Assembly: GCA_002717515.1 (NCBI GenBank)
Contig: PBEC01000011.1
Span: forward strand, 41,902 to 105,901
Length of the DNA stretch: 64,000 nt
From: Flavobacteriales bacterium
Lineage (GTDB): Bacteria; Bacteroidota; Bacteroidia; Flavobacteriales_C; GCA-002722245
Reading direction: 5' to 3'
The notes below the pieces were generated by a model. The model did no database searches and was not told the origin of the DNA. It saw nothing but the letters and a program-made list of their open reading frames with translations. Position numbers and translations under genes: made by a program. Positions within the stretch are counted from its first letter, which is position 1. The number at the start of each line of letters is the position of its first letter. This document shows positions 1 to 8,938 of this stretch, piece by piece.

Positions 1-495
1 GGCCTAGACACACCTAATTATATAGGAAGTTTACCTCAACAAAATAATTGGTGCACTACATGGACAGAATTTTATGTAACACAACGTCTTGAACCTCAAT
101 TAAAAAAGATTGTAGAAAAAGGTTTTTTAAAAGAGTTGGTAACCCAATTTGAAAAACTGTATCATCAACTCGATTCTTTGTTCCCAAAGGAACCTGCTTC
201 TCTTCTTCATGGCGACTTATGGAATGGTAATTTTATTTCTGGAGAAAACAATACTCCCTGGTTAATTGATCCTGCTATTTATTTCGGGCATAGAGAAATG
301 GACATAGGAATGACTATGCTTTTCGGAGGTTTTGATTCTATATTTTACAGTGCTTACAACTGTGAAAATCCCCTTGAAAAAAATTGGGAAGAAAGAGTTC
401 CTTTAACTCAACTTTATCCTCTTTTAGTTCATGTAAATCTTTTCGGAAACCAATATTCTGAACCCATTAAATCGATACTAAATCGATTTGTTTAG
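1..495 (+). CDS. Fructosamine kinase family protein (5' truncated by window edge)
   Basis: Frame is open from base 1 (GLDTPNYIGSLPQQNNW..W..FY...RLEPQL), then LLHGDLWNGN, IDPAIYFGHREMDI and LYPLLVHVNLFG motifs of the fructosamine-3-kinase family. Confidence 0.9.
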   Translation, partial: GLDTPNYIGSLPQQNNWCTTWTEFYVTQRLEPQLKKIVEKGFLKELVTQFEKLYHQLDSLFPKEPASLLHGDLWNGNFISGENNTPWLIDPAIYFGHREMDIGMTMLFGGFDSIFYSAYNCENPLEKNWEERVPLTQLYPLLVHVNLFGNQYSEPIKSILNRFV

Positions 496-577
496 CCGTC
501 TTCACACAACTAGAAATTTATTCTTATAATTTCATGATTTCGAAAAACAAACGAATCGTTTTATTATTTTAGTGTTG

Positions 578-2341
578 ATGCCAAATAAAATACTTCAAAT
601 AAAAAATCTTACAACAGAATTTACGGGAGACAACTCTTCCCTAAAGGCTGTTGATGGTGTCAGTTTTTCGATAGAAGAAGGAGAAATTGTTGGAGTTGTT
701 GGCGAATCCGGATCGGGAAAATCCGTAACAAGCTTGAGTGCAATGGGCTTAATTCCATCTCCACCTGGAAAAATCACTCAAGGAGAAATTCTTTTCACAA
801 AATGGGACGGCACAACCGTTGATACTACCCAACGAAAGGCAGACTCCTTGAGAAGCATTAGAGGAAATGAAATGAGTATGATTTTCCAAGAGCCAATGAC
901 ATCTTTAAACCCTGTTTTTAGTTGTGGAGACCAAGTGGCTGAAACTATTGTTTTACATCAAAAATTAAGCGGAGAAGAGGCAAAAACAAAAACTTTAGAA
1001 CTTTTTAAAAAAGTTGAACTACCCAGACCCGATATTATTTTTGATCAGTATCCACATCAATTATCAGGGGGACAAAAACAACGTGTTATGATTGCAATGG
1101 CAATCAGTTGCAACCCTAAACTGTTAATTGCCGATGAGCCAACTACGGCTCTTGATGTTACAGTACAAAAAACGATTTTAGAACTTCTCAAAAACTTGCA
1201 AAAAGAGACAAAAATGGGCATTCTTTTCATTACTCACGACTTGGGTGTTGTTGCTGAATTAGCACATAAGGTCGTTGTAATGTATAAAGGTAAAATCGTT
1301 GAACAAGGAAGTGTTTCAGATATTTTCAATAACCCAAAGCATCCATATACGAAAGGGTTAATTTCATGCAGACCTCCTTTAAACGTAAGATATTCAAAAC
1401 TACCCACTGTACCTGATTTTATGGAAACCGGAGAAAACGGGGAAATCAAGTCCAAATTAAACTCAATTTCAGAATACCTGTCTAATATAACCGTATCTAA
1501 AGACATTAGGAAAAAAGCACATGAAAAACTATATTTAAAAAGTCCGTTATTATCAGTATATAATTTAAAAACATATTTCCCAATAAATAAAAATTTTTTA
1601 GGAAAAACAACCTCATGGGTAAAAGCAGTTGACGACGTTTCCTTTGACGTTTTCCCTGGGGAAACACTCGGTTTAATCGGAGAAAGCGGATGTGGTAAAA
1701 CAACAACAGGAAGGTCAATCGTTCAATTAGTGCCCATCTCTTCCGGAAAAATCACCTATAAAGGACAAGATGTTTACAAGATGAATAAAAAAGAAATGAG
1801 CAGCTTCAGAAAAGATGTTCAGATAATTTTCCAAGATCCGTATTCATCATTAAACCCAAGACAAACTATAGGGAAGTCTATTGTAGAACCCATGGAAGTT
1901 CACAAACTTTACGCAACAGATAAAGAAAGAAAGCAACAGGCACTAAAAATTCTTACAAAAGTTGGGTTAAAAGAAAGCGATTTCAATAAATACCCTCATC
2001 AGTTTAGTGGAGGACAACGTCAGAGAGTATGTATAGCAAGAACGCTAGCCATGGAACCTAAATTCATTATTTGCGATGAAAGCGTTTCTGCTCTTGACGT
2101 CTCGGTACAAGCCCAAGTACTGAATCTACTAAACGACTTAAAAAAAGACTTTGGACTGACTTATATCTTCATATCTCACGATTTATCGGTGATAAAATAT
2201 ATGTGCGACCGAATGGTTGTTATGAATAAAAGAGGAAAAATTGAACGTTACGGAGAGTGCGATGAAATTTATGAGGATCCTCAAACGGAATACACAAAAA
2301 GTTTAATTGATGCTATTCCCAAAATAAATACAGCCGAATAG
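578..2341 (+). CDS. Dipeptide/oligopeptide ABC transporter ATP-binding protein with two fused ABC domains (DppD/DppF-like)
   Basis: Two Walker A motifs (GESGSGKS, GESGCGKT), two signatures (LSGGQKQR, FSGGQRQR), IFQEPMTSLNP and HPYTKGL; ATG at 578 (GTG 572 possible). Confidence 0.93.
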   Translation: MPNKILQIKNLTTEFTGDNSSLKAVDGVSFSIEEGEIVGVVGESGSGKSVTSLSAMGLIPSPPGKITQGEILFTKWDGTTVDTTQRKADSLRSIRGNEMSMIFQEPMTSLNPVFSCGDQVAETIVLHQKLSGEEAKTKTLELFKKVELPRPDIIFDQYPHQLSGGQKQRVMIAMAISCNPKLLIADEPTTALDVTVQKTILELLKNLQKETKMGILFITHDLGVVAELAHKVVVMYKGKIVEQGSVSDIFNNPKHPYTKGLISCRPPLNVRYSKLPTVPDFMETGENGEIKSKLNSISEYLSNITVSKDIRKKAHEKLYLKSPLLSVYNLKTYFPINKNFLGKTTSWVKAVDDVSFDVFPGETLGLIGESGCGKTTTGRSIVQLVPISSGKITYKGQDVYKMNKKEMSSFRKDVQIIFQDPYSSLNPRQTIGKSIVEPMEVHKLYATDKERKQQALKILTKVGLKESDFNKYPHQFSGGQRQRVCIARTLAMEPKFIICDESVSALDVSVQAQVLNLLNDLKKDFGLTYIFISHDLSVIKYMCDRMVVMNKRGKIERYGECDEIYEDPQTEYTKSLIDAIPKINTAE

Positions 2342-2345
2342 TAAT

Positions 2346-4190
2346 CTAATTCAGTTCTTGCAGAGTACATAGACTGTAATAGTGTCCTTTCCTATCATAC
2401 AATTCATTATGTGAACCTTGTTCAATAATCTCACCTTCATCCATTACAACAATTTGATCCGCATTTTTTATTGTACTTAAACGATGAGCTATAACCAGGG
2501 CTGTTCTGCCGTTCATAACTTTTTGTAATGCTTCTTGAACCAGTTTTTCTGATTGCGTATCCAGGGCTGAAGTTGCTTCATCTAAAATCAAAAGTGGCGG
2601 ATTATGAAGTATAGCTCTGGCAATACATAACCGTTGACGCTGCCCTCCACTTAATTTACCTCCTCCCTCACCAATGATTGTATCTATACCGTTGTCCAGT
2701 TGCATCACAAATTCTTTGGCGTTAGCAACAGACAAGGCTTCAAAAAGCTGAGTTTCTGACAAGCCCTCTGTCCCAAGTGACAAGTTGTTTCGAACAGAAT
2801 CATTAAACAAAATAGAATCTTGGGTTACTATTCCTGTTAATTTCCTAAGGGACTGAACATTCACCTCGTTTATATTTTGATTATCAATAAATATCGCACC
2901 GTCCGATACACTATAAAATCGGGGAACTAAATCTGCCAACGTTGATTTTCCACTTCCGGAATGCCCAACCAATGCAATGGTCTTACCTTTTGGTATGACC
3001 AGGTTAACTCCTTTTATAACTTCCTCATTTTCATACTTAAAACGGACATTTTTAAGCTTTATTTCTTTACTAAAATCACTTATGAGAACTCCTCCTTTTG
3101 TTTCATTTTTTTCGTCTGCTTTCAAAATATCATCCAAACGATCCATAGAAACCATGGAAACCTGAAGTGTATTTATTGCCCCTATTATGGCTTTTACAGG
3201 AGACAATAATCCCCACATATACATTAAAAATGTAACCAATGTAGCCCCTCTTAAGCCATCATTGTCGTCAAAAACGATATTTCCTCCAATCCACATAACA
3301 ACAGCGAATACAGAAATCCCTACTGTTTCACTTATGGGGGATGATGCAGAACTTTTTCTTATTTGCCGATTCCTTAAATCGTAAAATCGTTTGTTGTACT
3401 TTTTGAAAGATTCAATAAATTTCAATTCTGCAGCAAATCCTTTAATTAATTTGATTGCCGTAAGACTTTCTTCAACCACAGAGAGCACCCTGCCAAGTTG
3501 CCCCTGAGCTTTCTTTGATGTCCTTTTTAAACCTTTTCCAATTATAGATACAAACAGCGCAGACAAGGGTAATAAAAGCAGAACAACAAGGGTAAGCTTC
3601 GGGCTAATAAAAAACAAACCCCCTAAAAATATGATGACCTGAATAGGCTCTCTAAGAAAGCGTTGTAAGGCTATCATCCCTGATTCAACCTGCATTACAT
3701 CGTTGGACATTTTACTCATTAAATCGCCTTTTCTTTCATCGGTATAATAAGAAACAGGCAAGTTGAGCATCTTTTTATATACGTCGTTCCTCAGATTCGC
3801 TATTATTCCATTTCGAACAGGGGCAAGGAAAAATGTAGCCAGATATAAAAACAAATTTTTAAGAAAAAATGAAATCGCTATGAATAGACAAACTATAAAT
3901 AAAGTTTTTTTCTTCCCCTCAATGAATGAAGAAGCTTCAGAGATTGAATTAGCAAACCAATGATTCACTTCATATTCTAAATATTTTCTGGAAAAACCCT
4001 CATGAGGATTAGGCTGTAAAAATTTCAAAATAGAATCATTATCCGTCTTAAACAAAAGCTCTATCAATGGCATCATACTGCTGATCCCAATTAATGTAAA
4101 AGCTACTCCGATTAAATTAAAAACTACATTTAGAGTGAAATACCCCTTGTAATCGGCCAGGTATTTAAGAAGCAACCTCAATCTTCCCAT
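2346..4190 (-). CDS. ABC exporter, fused permease/ATP-binding (MsbA-like)
   Basis: N-terminal TM domain plus GHSGSGKST, LSGGQRQR, ILDEATSALD, IAHRLSTI. Confidence 0.9.
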   Translation of the reverse strand: MGRLRLLLKYLADYKGYFTLNVVFNLIGVAFTLIGISSMMPLIELLFKTDNDSILKFLQPNPHEGFSRKYLEYEVNHWFANSISEASSFIEGKKKTLFIVCLFIAISFFLKNLFLYLATFFLAPVRNGIIANLRNDVYKKMLNLPVSYYTDERKGDLMSKMSNDVMQVESGMIALQRFLREPIQVIIFLGGLFFISPKLTLVVLLLLPLSALFVSIIGKGLKRTSKKAQGQLGRVLSVVEESLTAIKLIKGFAAELKFIESFKKYNKRFYDLRNRQIRKSSASSPISETVGISVFAVVMWIGGNIVFDDNDGLRGATLVTFLMYMWGLLSPVKAIIGAINTLQVSMVSMDRLDDILKADEKNETKGGVLISDFSKEIKLKNVRFKYENEEVIKGVNLVIPKGKTIALVGHSGSGKSTLADLVPRFYSVSDGAIFIDNQNINEVNVQSLRKLTGIVTQDSILFNDSVRNNLSLGTEGLSETQLFEALSVANAKEFVMQLDNGIDTIIGEGGGKLSGGQRQRLCIARAILHNPPLLILDEATSALDTQSEKLVQEALQKVMNGRTALVIAHRLSTIKNADQIVVMDEGEIIEQGSHNELYDRKGHYYSLCTLQELN

Positions 4191-4194
4191 TAAA

Positions 4195-4202
4195 CAAAGG
4201 TA
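4195..4202 (-). promoter_or_regulatory. Bacteroidota sigma-A -7 element TACCTTTG for the MsbA-like gene
   Basis: Exact TAnnTTTG on the minus strand ending 4 nt before the ATG at 4190. Confidence 0.6.
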
Positions 4203-4277
4203 ATCTTTTTCATTTTCAGAGCATAAATGCGCTTGAGTTATCTGAGGGTTAAAATAAGTTAAGTTTTTAAATAATGT

Positions 4278-4285
4278 TACCTTTG
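4278..4285 (+). promoter_or_regulatory. Bacteroidota -7 element TACCTTTG for argF'-argB
   Basis: Exact TAnnTTTG 25 nt upstream of ATG 4311. Confidence 0.6.
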
Positions 4286-4310
4286 TTTGACCAGAACTAA
4301 TTTTAGCAGG

Positions 4311-5255
4311 ATGAAGAATTTTTTTTCAGTAAAAGATGTAGAAAATATAAACGACCTTTTATCAAAAGCACTGAAGGTGAAAGCAAATCCATTAGCCAAT
4401 CAAAACTTGGGCAAAAACAAAACTTTAGGTTTGATTTTTTACAACTCAAGCTTGAGAACGAGAATTTCATCACAAAAAGCCGCTTACAACTTAGGAATGG
4501 ACGTCATTGTTTTGAATATTGGAAATGATGGATGGCAATTAGAATCTAAAGATGGTGTAGTAATGGATCAAGGAGCTGCTGAGCATATAAAAGAAGCTGC
4601 TGCAGTAATTAGCGAGTATGTAGATGTGATTGGCATTAGATGTTTTGCTGGTTTAGAGGACAGAAAACTTGACTACAGCGAGGAAGTTCTTCAAAATTTT
4701 ATCAAATACGCAACGGTACCGATTATTAATTTAGAATCGAGTACGCTTCACCCTCTTCAATCTTTAGCGGACTTAGTAACTATTGAATCAAATAAAAAAA
4801 AGGTCCGCCCAAAAGTAGTTCTTACATGGGCTCCTCACCCTCGTGCCTTACCACAAGCCGTAGCCAACTCATTTGTTGAATGGATGAAAGAAGCAGACGT
4901 CGATTTAGTGATTACCCATCCAAAGGGTTATGATTTGGCACCTCAATTTGTGAATGGGGTAACCGTAGAACATAATCAGAAAAAGGCGTTTGAAAAAGCT
5001 GATTTTATTTACGCTAAAAACTGGAGCTCATACACGGAATACGGAAAGATATTAAGCACGGATCAATCATGGACTGTTAATCAAGATAAAATGTCTGTGA
5101 CAAATAGTGCAAAATTCATGCATTGTCTGCCCGTTCGAAGAAATGTTGTAGTAAGCGATGAAGTTATCGACTCTGAAAACTCAATTGTCGTTGAGCAGGC
5201 TGGAAATCGAGTGGTTTCTATTCAAACTGTTTTGCAGGAATTTCTTAAAAAGTAA
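4311..5255 (+). CDS. argF: N-succinyl/N-acetylornithine carbamoyltransferase (ArgF')
   Basis: SSLRTRIS, HPLQSLAD, TWAPHPRALPQAVANS, YAKNW and FMHCLPVRRN match the Bacteroides-type SOTCase/AOTCase family; ATG 4311 preferred over TTG 4287, which lies on the promoter. Confidence 0.92.
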   Translation: MKNFFSVKDVENINDLLSKALKVKANPLANQNLGKNKTLGLIFYNSSLRTRISSQKAAYNLGMDVIVLNIGNDGWQLESKDGVVMDQGAAEHIKEAAAVISEYVDVIGIRCFAGLEDRKLDYSEEVLQNFIKYATVPIINLESSTLHPLQSLADLVTIESNKKKVRPKVVLTWAPHPRALPQAVANSFVEWMKEADVDLVITHPKGYDLAPQFVNGVTVEHNQKKAFEKADFIYAKNWSSYTEYGKILSTDQSWTVNQDKMSVTNSAKFMHCLPVRRNVVVSDEVIDSENSIVVEQAGNRVVSIQTVLQEFLKK

Positions 5256-5258
5256 ACC

Positions 5259-6023
5259 ATGATTAAAGTAATAAAAGTAGGTGGTGGCATTATCGAGAAA
5301 GAAGAAAATTTAAACCTCTTTTTGGATTCTTTCTCAAAAATTAAAGGTCCCAAAATTTTAGTTCACGGAGGAGGAAGGCTAGCTACAAAAATGGCTGCTC
5401 AGCTTGGATATAAGTCAAAAATGATTGAAGGAAGACGTGTTACAGATGAAAAAATGCTCGATGTTGTCACTATGGTTTATGGAGGATTAACCAACAAAAA
5501 AATTGTAGCGTCCCTGCAAGCTAAAGGAACAAATGCATTAGGTTTAAGTGGTGCAGATGGAAATACGGTTTTAGCCCACAAGCGACCCGTTAAAAAAATT
5601 GACTACGGATGGGTTGGTGATATTGACACTATTAATTCTGAACTGCTTATAAGCCTTATTAAAAACAACACTGTTCCCGTAATCGCTCCTCTCTCCCATG
5701 ACGGAAAGGGAAACATCCTCAATACAAACGCAGATACTATGGCCAGTGAGATAGCCAAGGAATTAGCTCAAAAAGAGGAAACTCAATTGATTCTTGGATT
5801 TGAGTTAAATGGTGTACTAAAAGATATTAATGACAAGTCAAGTGCCATTAAAAAAATTACACCTGATTTATTTAAGACACTAAAATCTGAAGGAATAATT
5901 TCTGAAGGAATGATTCCTAAATTGTCCAATGCATTTGATGCCGTAAATGCCGGAGTTTCCTCTGTGATCATTTGTGACGCATTGAGAATTGGAGAAAATG
6001 AGGGTACAATAATTTCTAAATAA
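5259..6023 (+). CDS. argB: Acetylglutamate kinase
   Basis: VIKVGG, ILVHGGG, GRRVTD, LNTNADTMA, GMIPKL. Confidence 0.95.
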   Translation: MIKVIKVGGGIIEKEENLNLFLDSFSKIKGPKILVHGGGRLATKMAAQLGYKSKMIEGRRVTDEKMLDVVTMVYGGLTNKKIVASLQAKGTNALGLSGADGNTVLAHKRPVKKIDYGWVGDIDTINSELLISLIKNNTVPVIAPLSHDGKGNILNTNADTMASEIAKELAQKEETQLILGFELNGVLKDINDKSSAIKKITPDLFKTLKSEGIISEGMIPKLSNAFDAVNAGVSSVIICDALRIGENEGTIISK

Positions 6024-6064
6024 AATCAGCACCCGAAAGTCCTTTTTCGTGTGGAAATATAAAT

Positions 6065-8041
6065 TTATTCAGCTTGCTTACTGTAAAAAGCATTCATACA
6101 CAACACATGCGGAAAACTCACACAAGAAAGAAAAACAAAAAAATAAGCTATATTTTCTTTGACACCAGACTCAATATTTACAAAAAAGAAACAAAACAAA
6201 GCTATGGCGCCTAAATTAAACGGCAACGCTTTCTTAAACATATAAGAATGAGACACTTGAAGCTTTCTTTTAAGGTGATGCCACCCGATTCTGCTGTGGT
6301 GCAAAACAAAATATATTCCAAACGAAAAGATCAAGTTTGTATATTGAGATAACAATAGAAAAACCACCACTAAAAACCACTCGAATCTTCGAAAAATAAG
6401 AGGGAAAATAAACCCTAAAACAATTATCAAATACCTTAATCCTCTTATTCCTTGAAAATTCTCAAAAGGTGGAATTTTCAAAGCGGAAAGTATGATGTTA
6501 AATTCATTAAGATGAGTTATAAAAAGATAAGAAAGTAATATCGCTCCCCATATAAAACCAATAGCTTTTGATTCGACCCCCCATTGTTTTGCATCCGTTT
6601 GTCCAAAATGCCACGCTGAATACAAAAGAAAAACAATTAATGCTAATGAAGGCTGCCACAACCAAATCAAAAAAATTGGAATCATTAACGCTAAATATCG
6701 AGCAACAAATTTAATTGTGATTTTTTTTCCTTTGTCAATTGCTTCTGTAAAATGATCTAATGCTCCATGAGGGATTCCAATAACTATAAGACCTAAGGCT
6801 AATAAGAGTATTTGATAAGGAGCAATGCTTAAATCACTATACCCCTGAATACTGGAAGGCAAAAAAACACATAAAATCATTGCGCCAGAAAAGATGTGTT
6901 TTTTTCCTTTCCAAAGAATCCAAAAAAATACCGATTTTAGAAAAATACCAATTTGTAATTTTAAAAACATTTTAAGTTCACCAAAAAATTTAGTTTTCTC
7001 ATCCAGAAAGTTTAAAACAAAAACAGGGCTGTTTGTTTTAAACAAACGCTCAAAAATAAAACGTCCTTTTTCTGGCCAACGAGTAAGAATAATCAACAGC
7101 AGTTGATCATAGAAAAGAAACCGATTTTTTTTTGAAAGACTTTTATTCTTAAACGAAACTGAATTACATATCAGCCTTGATTGATCGTACATATTTTTAA
7201 AAGCATAACCCGTACTAGGCTTAACATTTCCTCCTCGAGTACCAATGTTTATAACGTTTGCTTTAGTATTTCCTCTTGGCGAAACAGGGGTCATGGGGAT
7301 AATCCCTCTTTCTTTTCCAACAACTGTATATTCTCCAAAATTACATTCAATGAATTTATTGAGTATGTTCTCAGCTTCATTAATTTGCAAAATATCCTTT
7401 CCAAACCTTGTGAGTTCAATTAAAGCAGTATCCTTACTATAGGGTAGAATATATACAAACTGAGTAGCTTTGGCTTGACTCACTCTAAAATCCATCATTC
7501 TGTAAACTCTATCCTCAAAACTCCTTCTTTTGAGTTTAATTTTTAAACCATAAAACGATTGAGAGATGGAATATTTTTTCTGAAAAGGCTCCCGTATTTT
7601 TTTAGGTCTACTGTCGAAAACGTAGTGTCCAAAATACTCTTTTTGATCCGTTTTAACGGATAAGCACACTTGATTTTCAACGCTTAAAACAAGTGTTTTT
7701 ATACAACTAAAATCGTATTTTGAAATTATTTCACGTGAGTAATCATATAAATCAATACTTTTTATGTGAAAATATTTTAAAGGATCTATGAGCTTAGGAC
7801 ATCCGTTGTTAATTTGTATTTTGTCCCAACTCGTTGAAATCAGTTTTGAGTAGTCTTGACATATCTCTTCATCTTCTTTTGCCCAAAAGCAAAATGTTTT
7901 ATCGTTTTCTTTTTTGTCATCCGGATCTATCAAAAGGATTTTCTTCCCTTCAAGAATTCGATTTTTATGCATTTCAGCAATGAGAACACACGTGCTTGCT
8001 CCCCAACCCACAAATATGATATCGAATTGATTTTTTTTAAT
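6065..8041 (-). CDS. Fusion of lycopene beta-cyclase (CrtY-type, N-terminal ~370 aa) and Brp/Blh beta-carotene 15,15'-dioxygenase (C-terminal ~260 aa)
   Basis: Cyclase motifs FDIIFVGWGAS, NDKTFCFW, VFDSR, MMDFR, FVYILPYS, ERGIIPM, IGTRGGNVKPSTGYAF, FYDQLLL; Blh motifs GIPHGALDH, SAWHFGQTD, YFVLHHS, SFPH in a multi-TM domain; no stop between them. Start uncertain (ATT 8041 vs GTG 8011). Confidence 0.88.
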   Translation of the reverse strand: MKKNQFDIIFVGWGASTCVLIAEMHKNRILEGKKILLIDPDDKKENDKTFCFWAKEDEEICQDYSKLISTSWDKIQINNGCPKLIDPLKYFHIKSIDLYDYSREIISKYDFSCIKTLVLSVENQVCLSVKTDQKEYFGHYVFDSRPKKIREPFQKKYSISQSFYGLKIKLKRRSFEDRVYRMMDFRVSQAKATQFVYILPYSKDTALIELTRFGKDILQINEAENILNKFIECNFGEYTVVGKERGIIPMTPVSPRGNTKANVINIGTRGGNVKPSTGYAFKNMYDQSRLICNSVSFKNKSLSKKNRFLFYDQLLLIILTRWPEKGRFIFERLFKTNSPVFVLNFLDEKTKFFGELKMFLKLQIGIFLKSVFFWILWKGKKHIFSGAMILCVFLPSSIQGYSDLSIAPYQILLLALGLIVIGIPHGALDHFTEAIDKGKKITIKFVARYLALMIPIFLIWLWQPSLALIVFLLYSAWHFGQTDAKQWGVESKAIGFIWGAILLSYLFITHLNEFNIILSALKIPPFENFQGIRGLRYLIIVLGFIFPLIFRRFEWFLVVVFLLLSQYTNLIFSFGIYFVLHHSRIGWHHLKRKLQVSHSYMFKKALPFNLGAIALFCFFFVNIESGVKENIAYFFVFLSCVSFPHVLCMNAFYSKQAE

Positions 8042-8126
8042 CGTAAAACCTCTTTTATAGAAATTTACTTAGAGGGTATTGATTTAGTTTCAAAAAGAAA
8101 TGTTAATGACCTTAGTCAAAATGCTT

Positions 8127-8714
8127 TTATGAGTTGGAGGGATCAAAAAGTTCTTTTTCAACAATTTGACAAATCACATGACCAATAAGAATATGAACTT
8201 CTTGAATTCTAGGTGTATCGCCGGAAGGAACAGCAATAAGAAAATCCGCATAATCTCTCATCTTTCCTCCTCCTTCTCCTGTAAACGCGACTGTTTTCAT
8301 TCCTATCTCTCTAGCCTTTTTCATCGCCATTAAAACATTTTCAGAATTGCCTGAAGTAGAAATGCCAACAAAAACATCTCCTTCTTCACCCTGAGCCTGA
8401 ATCATTCGCTCATATACAACGTCAAAAGAATAATCATTAGCGACCGCTGTAACAAATGAGCCATTTACGTGTAAAGCTTCAGAATCTAATGGGGGGCGAT
8501 CAAAGTAAAACTTCCCACTTAACTCGGCGGAAATGTGCTGAGCATCAGCTGCACTGCCACCATTTCCGCAAAATCTTGTTTTATTGCCCTTTTTATATGC
8601 TGAAACAATCTCATTAGCGACTGCCAAAACAGTTGACTTTAGTTTTTCTGTACCTAAAACCTTTTGTTTAAGGGCTATACTTTCAGCAAAAGAAGATTCA
8701 AAAATGTTTTCCAT
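8127..8714 (-). CDS. gmhA: D-sedoheptulose 7-phosphate isomerase
   Basis: CGNGGSAADAQH, TAVANDYSF, GISTSGNSENV, TPRIQEVH. Confidence 0.95.
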   Translation of the reverse strand: MENIFESSFAESIALKQKVLGTEKLKSTVLAVANEIVSAYKKGNKTRFCGNGGSAADAQHISAELSGKFYFDRPPLDSEALHVNGSFVTAVANDYSFDVVYERMIQAQGEEGDVFVGISTSGNSENVLMAMKKAREIGMKTVAFTGEGGGKMRDYADFLIAVPSGDTPRIQEVHILIGHVICQIVEKELFDPSNS

Positions 8715-8807
8715 CAGTCGTAAATGTACCCATTAACATTAAAATTTCAAACTTATAATTCTCTGTGTAATTTTAAATTCAAAAAAAACAAACCTGTCAT
8801 TTGGAAT

Positions 8808-8815
8808 TACCTTTG
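8808..8815 (+). promoter_or_regulatory. Distal -7 element TACCTTTG upstream of the polysaccharide operon
   Basis: Exact TAnnTTTG; flanked by inverted repeat CCTGTCA (8793-8799) / TGACAGG (8824-8830). Confidence 0.45.
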
Positions 8816-8915
8816 TTTCATTTTGACAGGCACAACACTTCAATTAAAACCCTTAACTCCTTATAGTTTAGGTGTTTCGAAAAACCATCGGATTTTATTA
8901 TATAAATATTAATGT

Positions 8916-8923
8916 TATTTTTG
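8916..8923 (+). promoter_or_regulatory. Proximal -7 element TATTTTTG upstream of wza
   Basis: TAnnTTTG 15 nt before ATG 8939. Confidence 0.5.
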
Positions 8924-8938
8924 CTCAAAAATATTTGA

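Noticed and set aside
8724..8912. 62-aa ORF in the gmhA-wza spacer
   Set aside because: Overlaps the promoter elements and hairpin, starts 10 nt from the divergent gmhA start, and has no protein-like features
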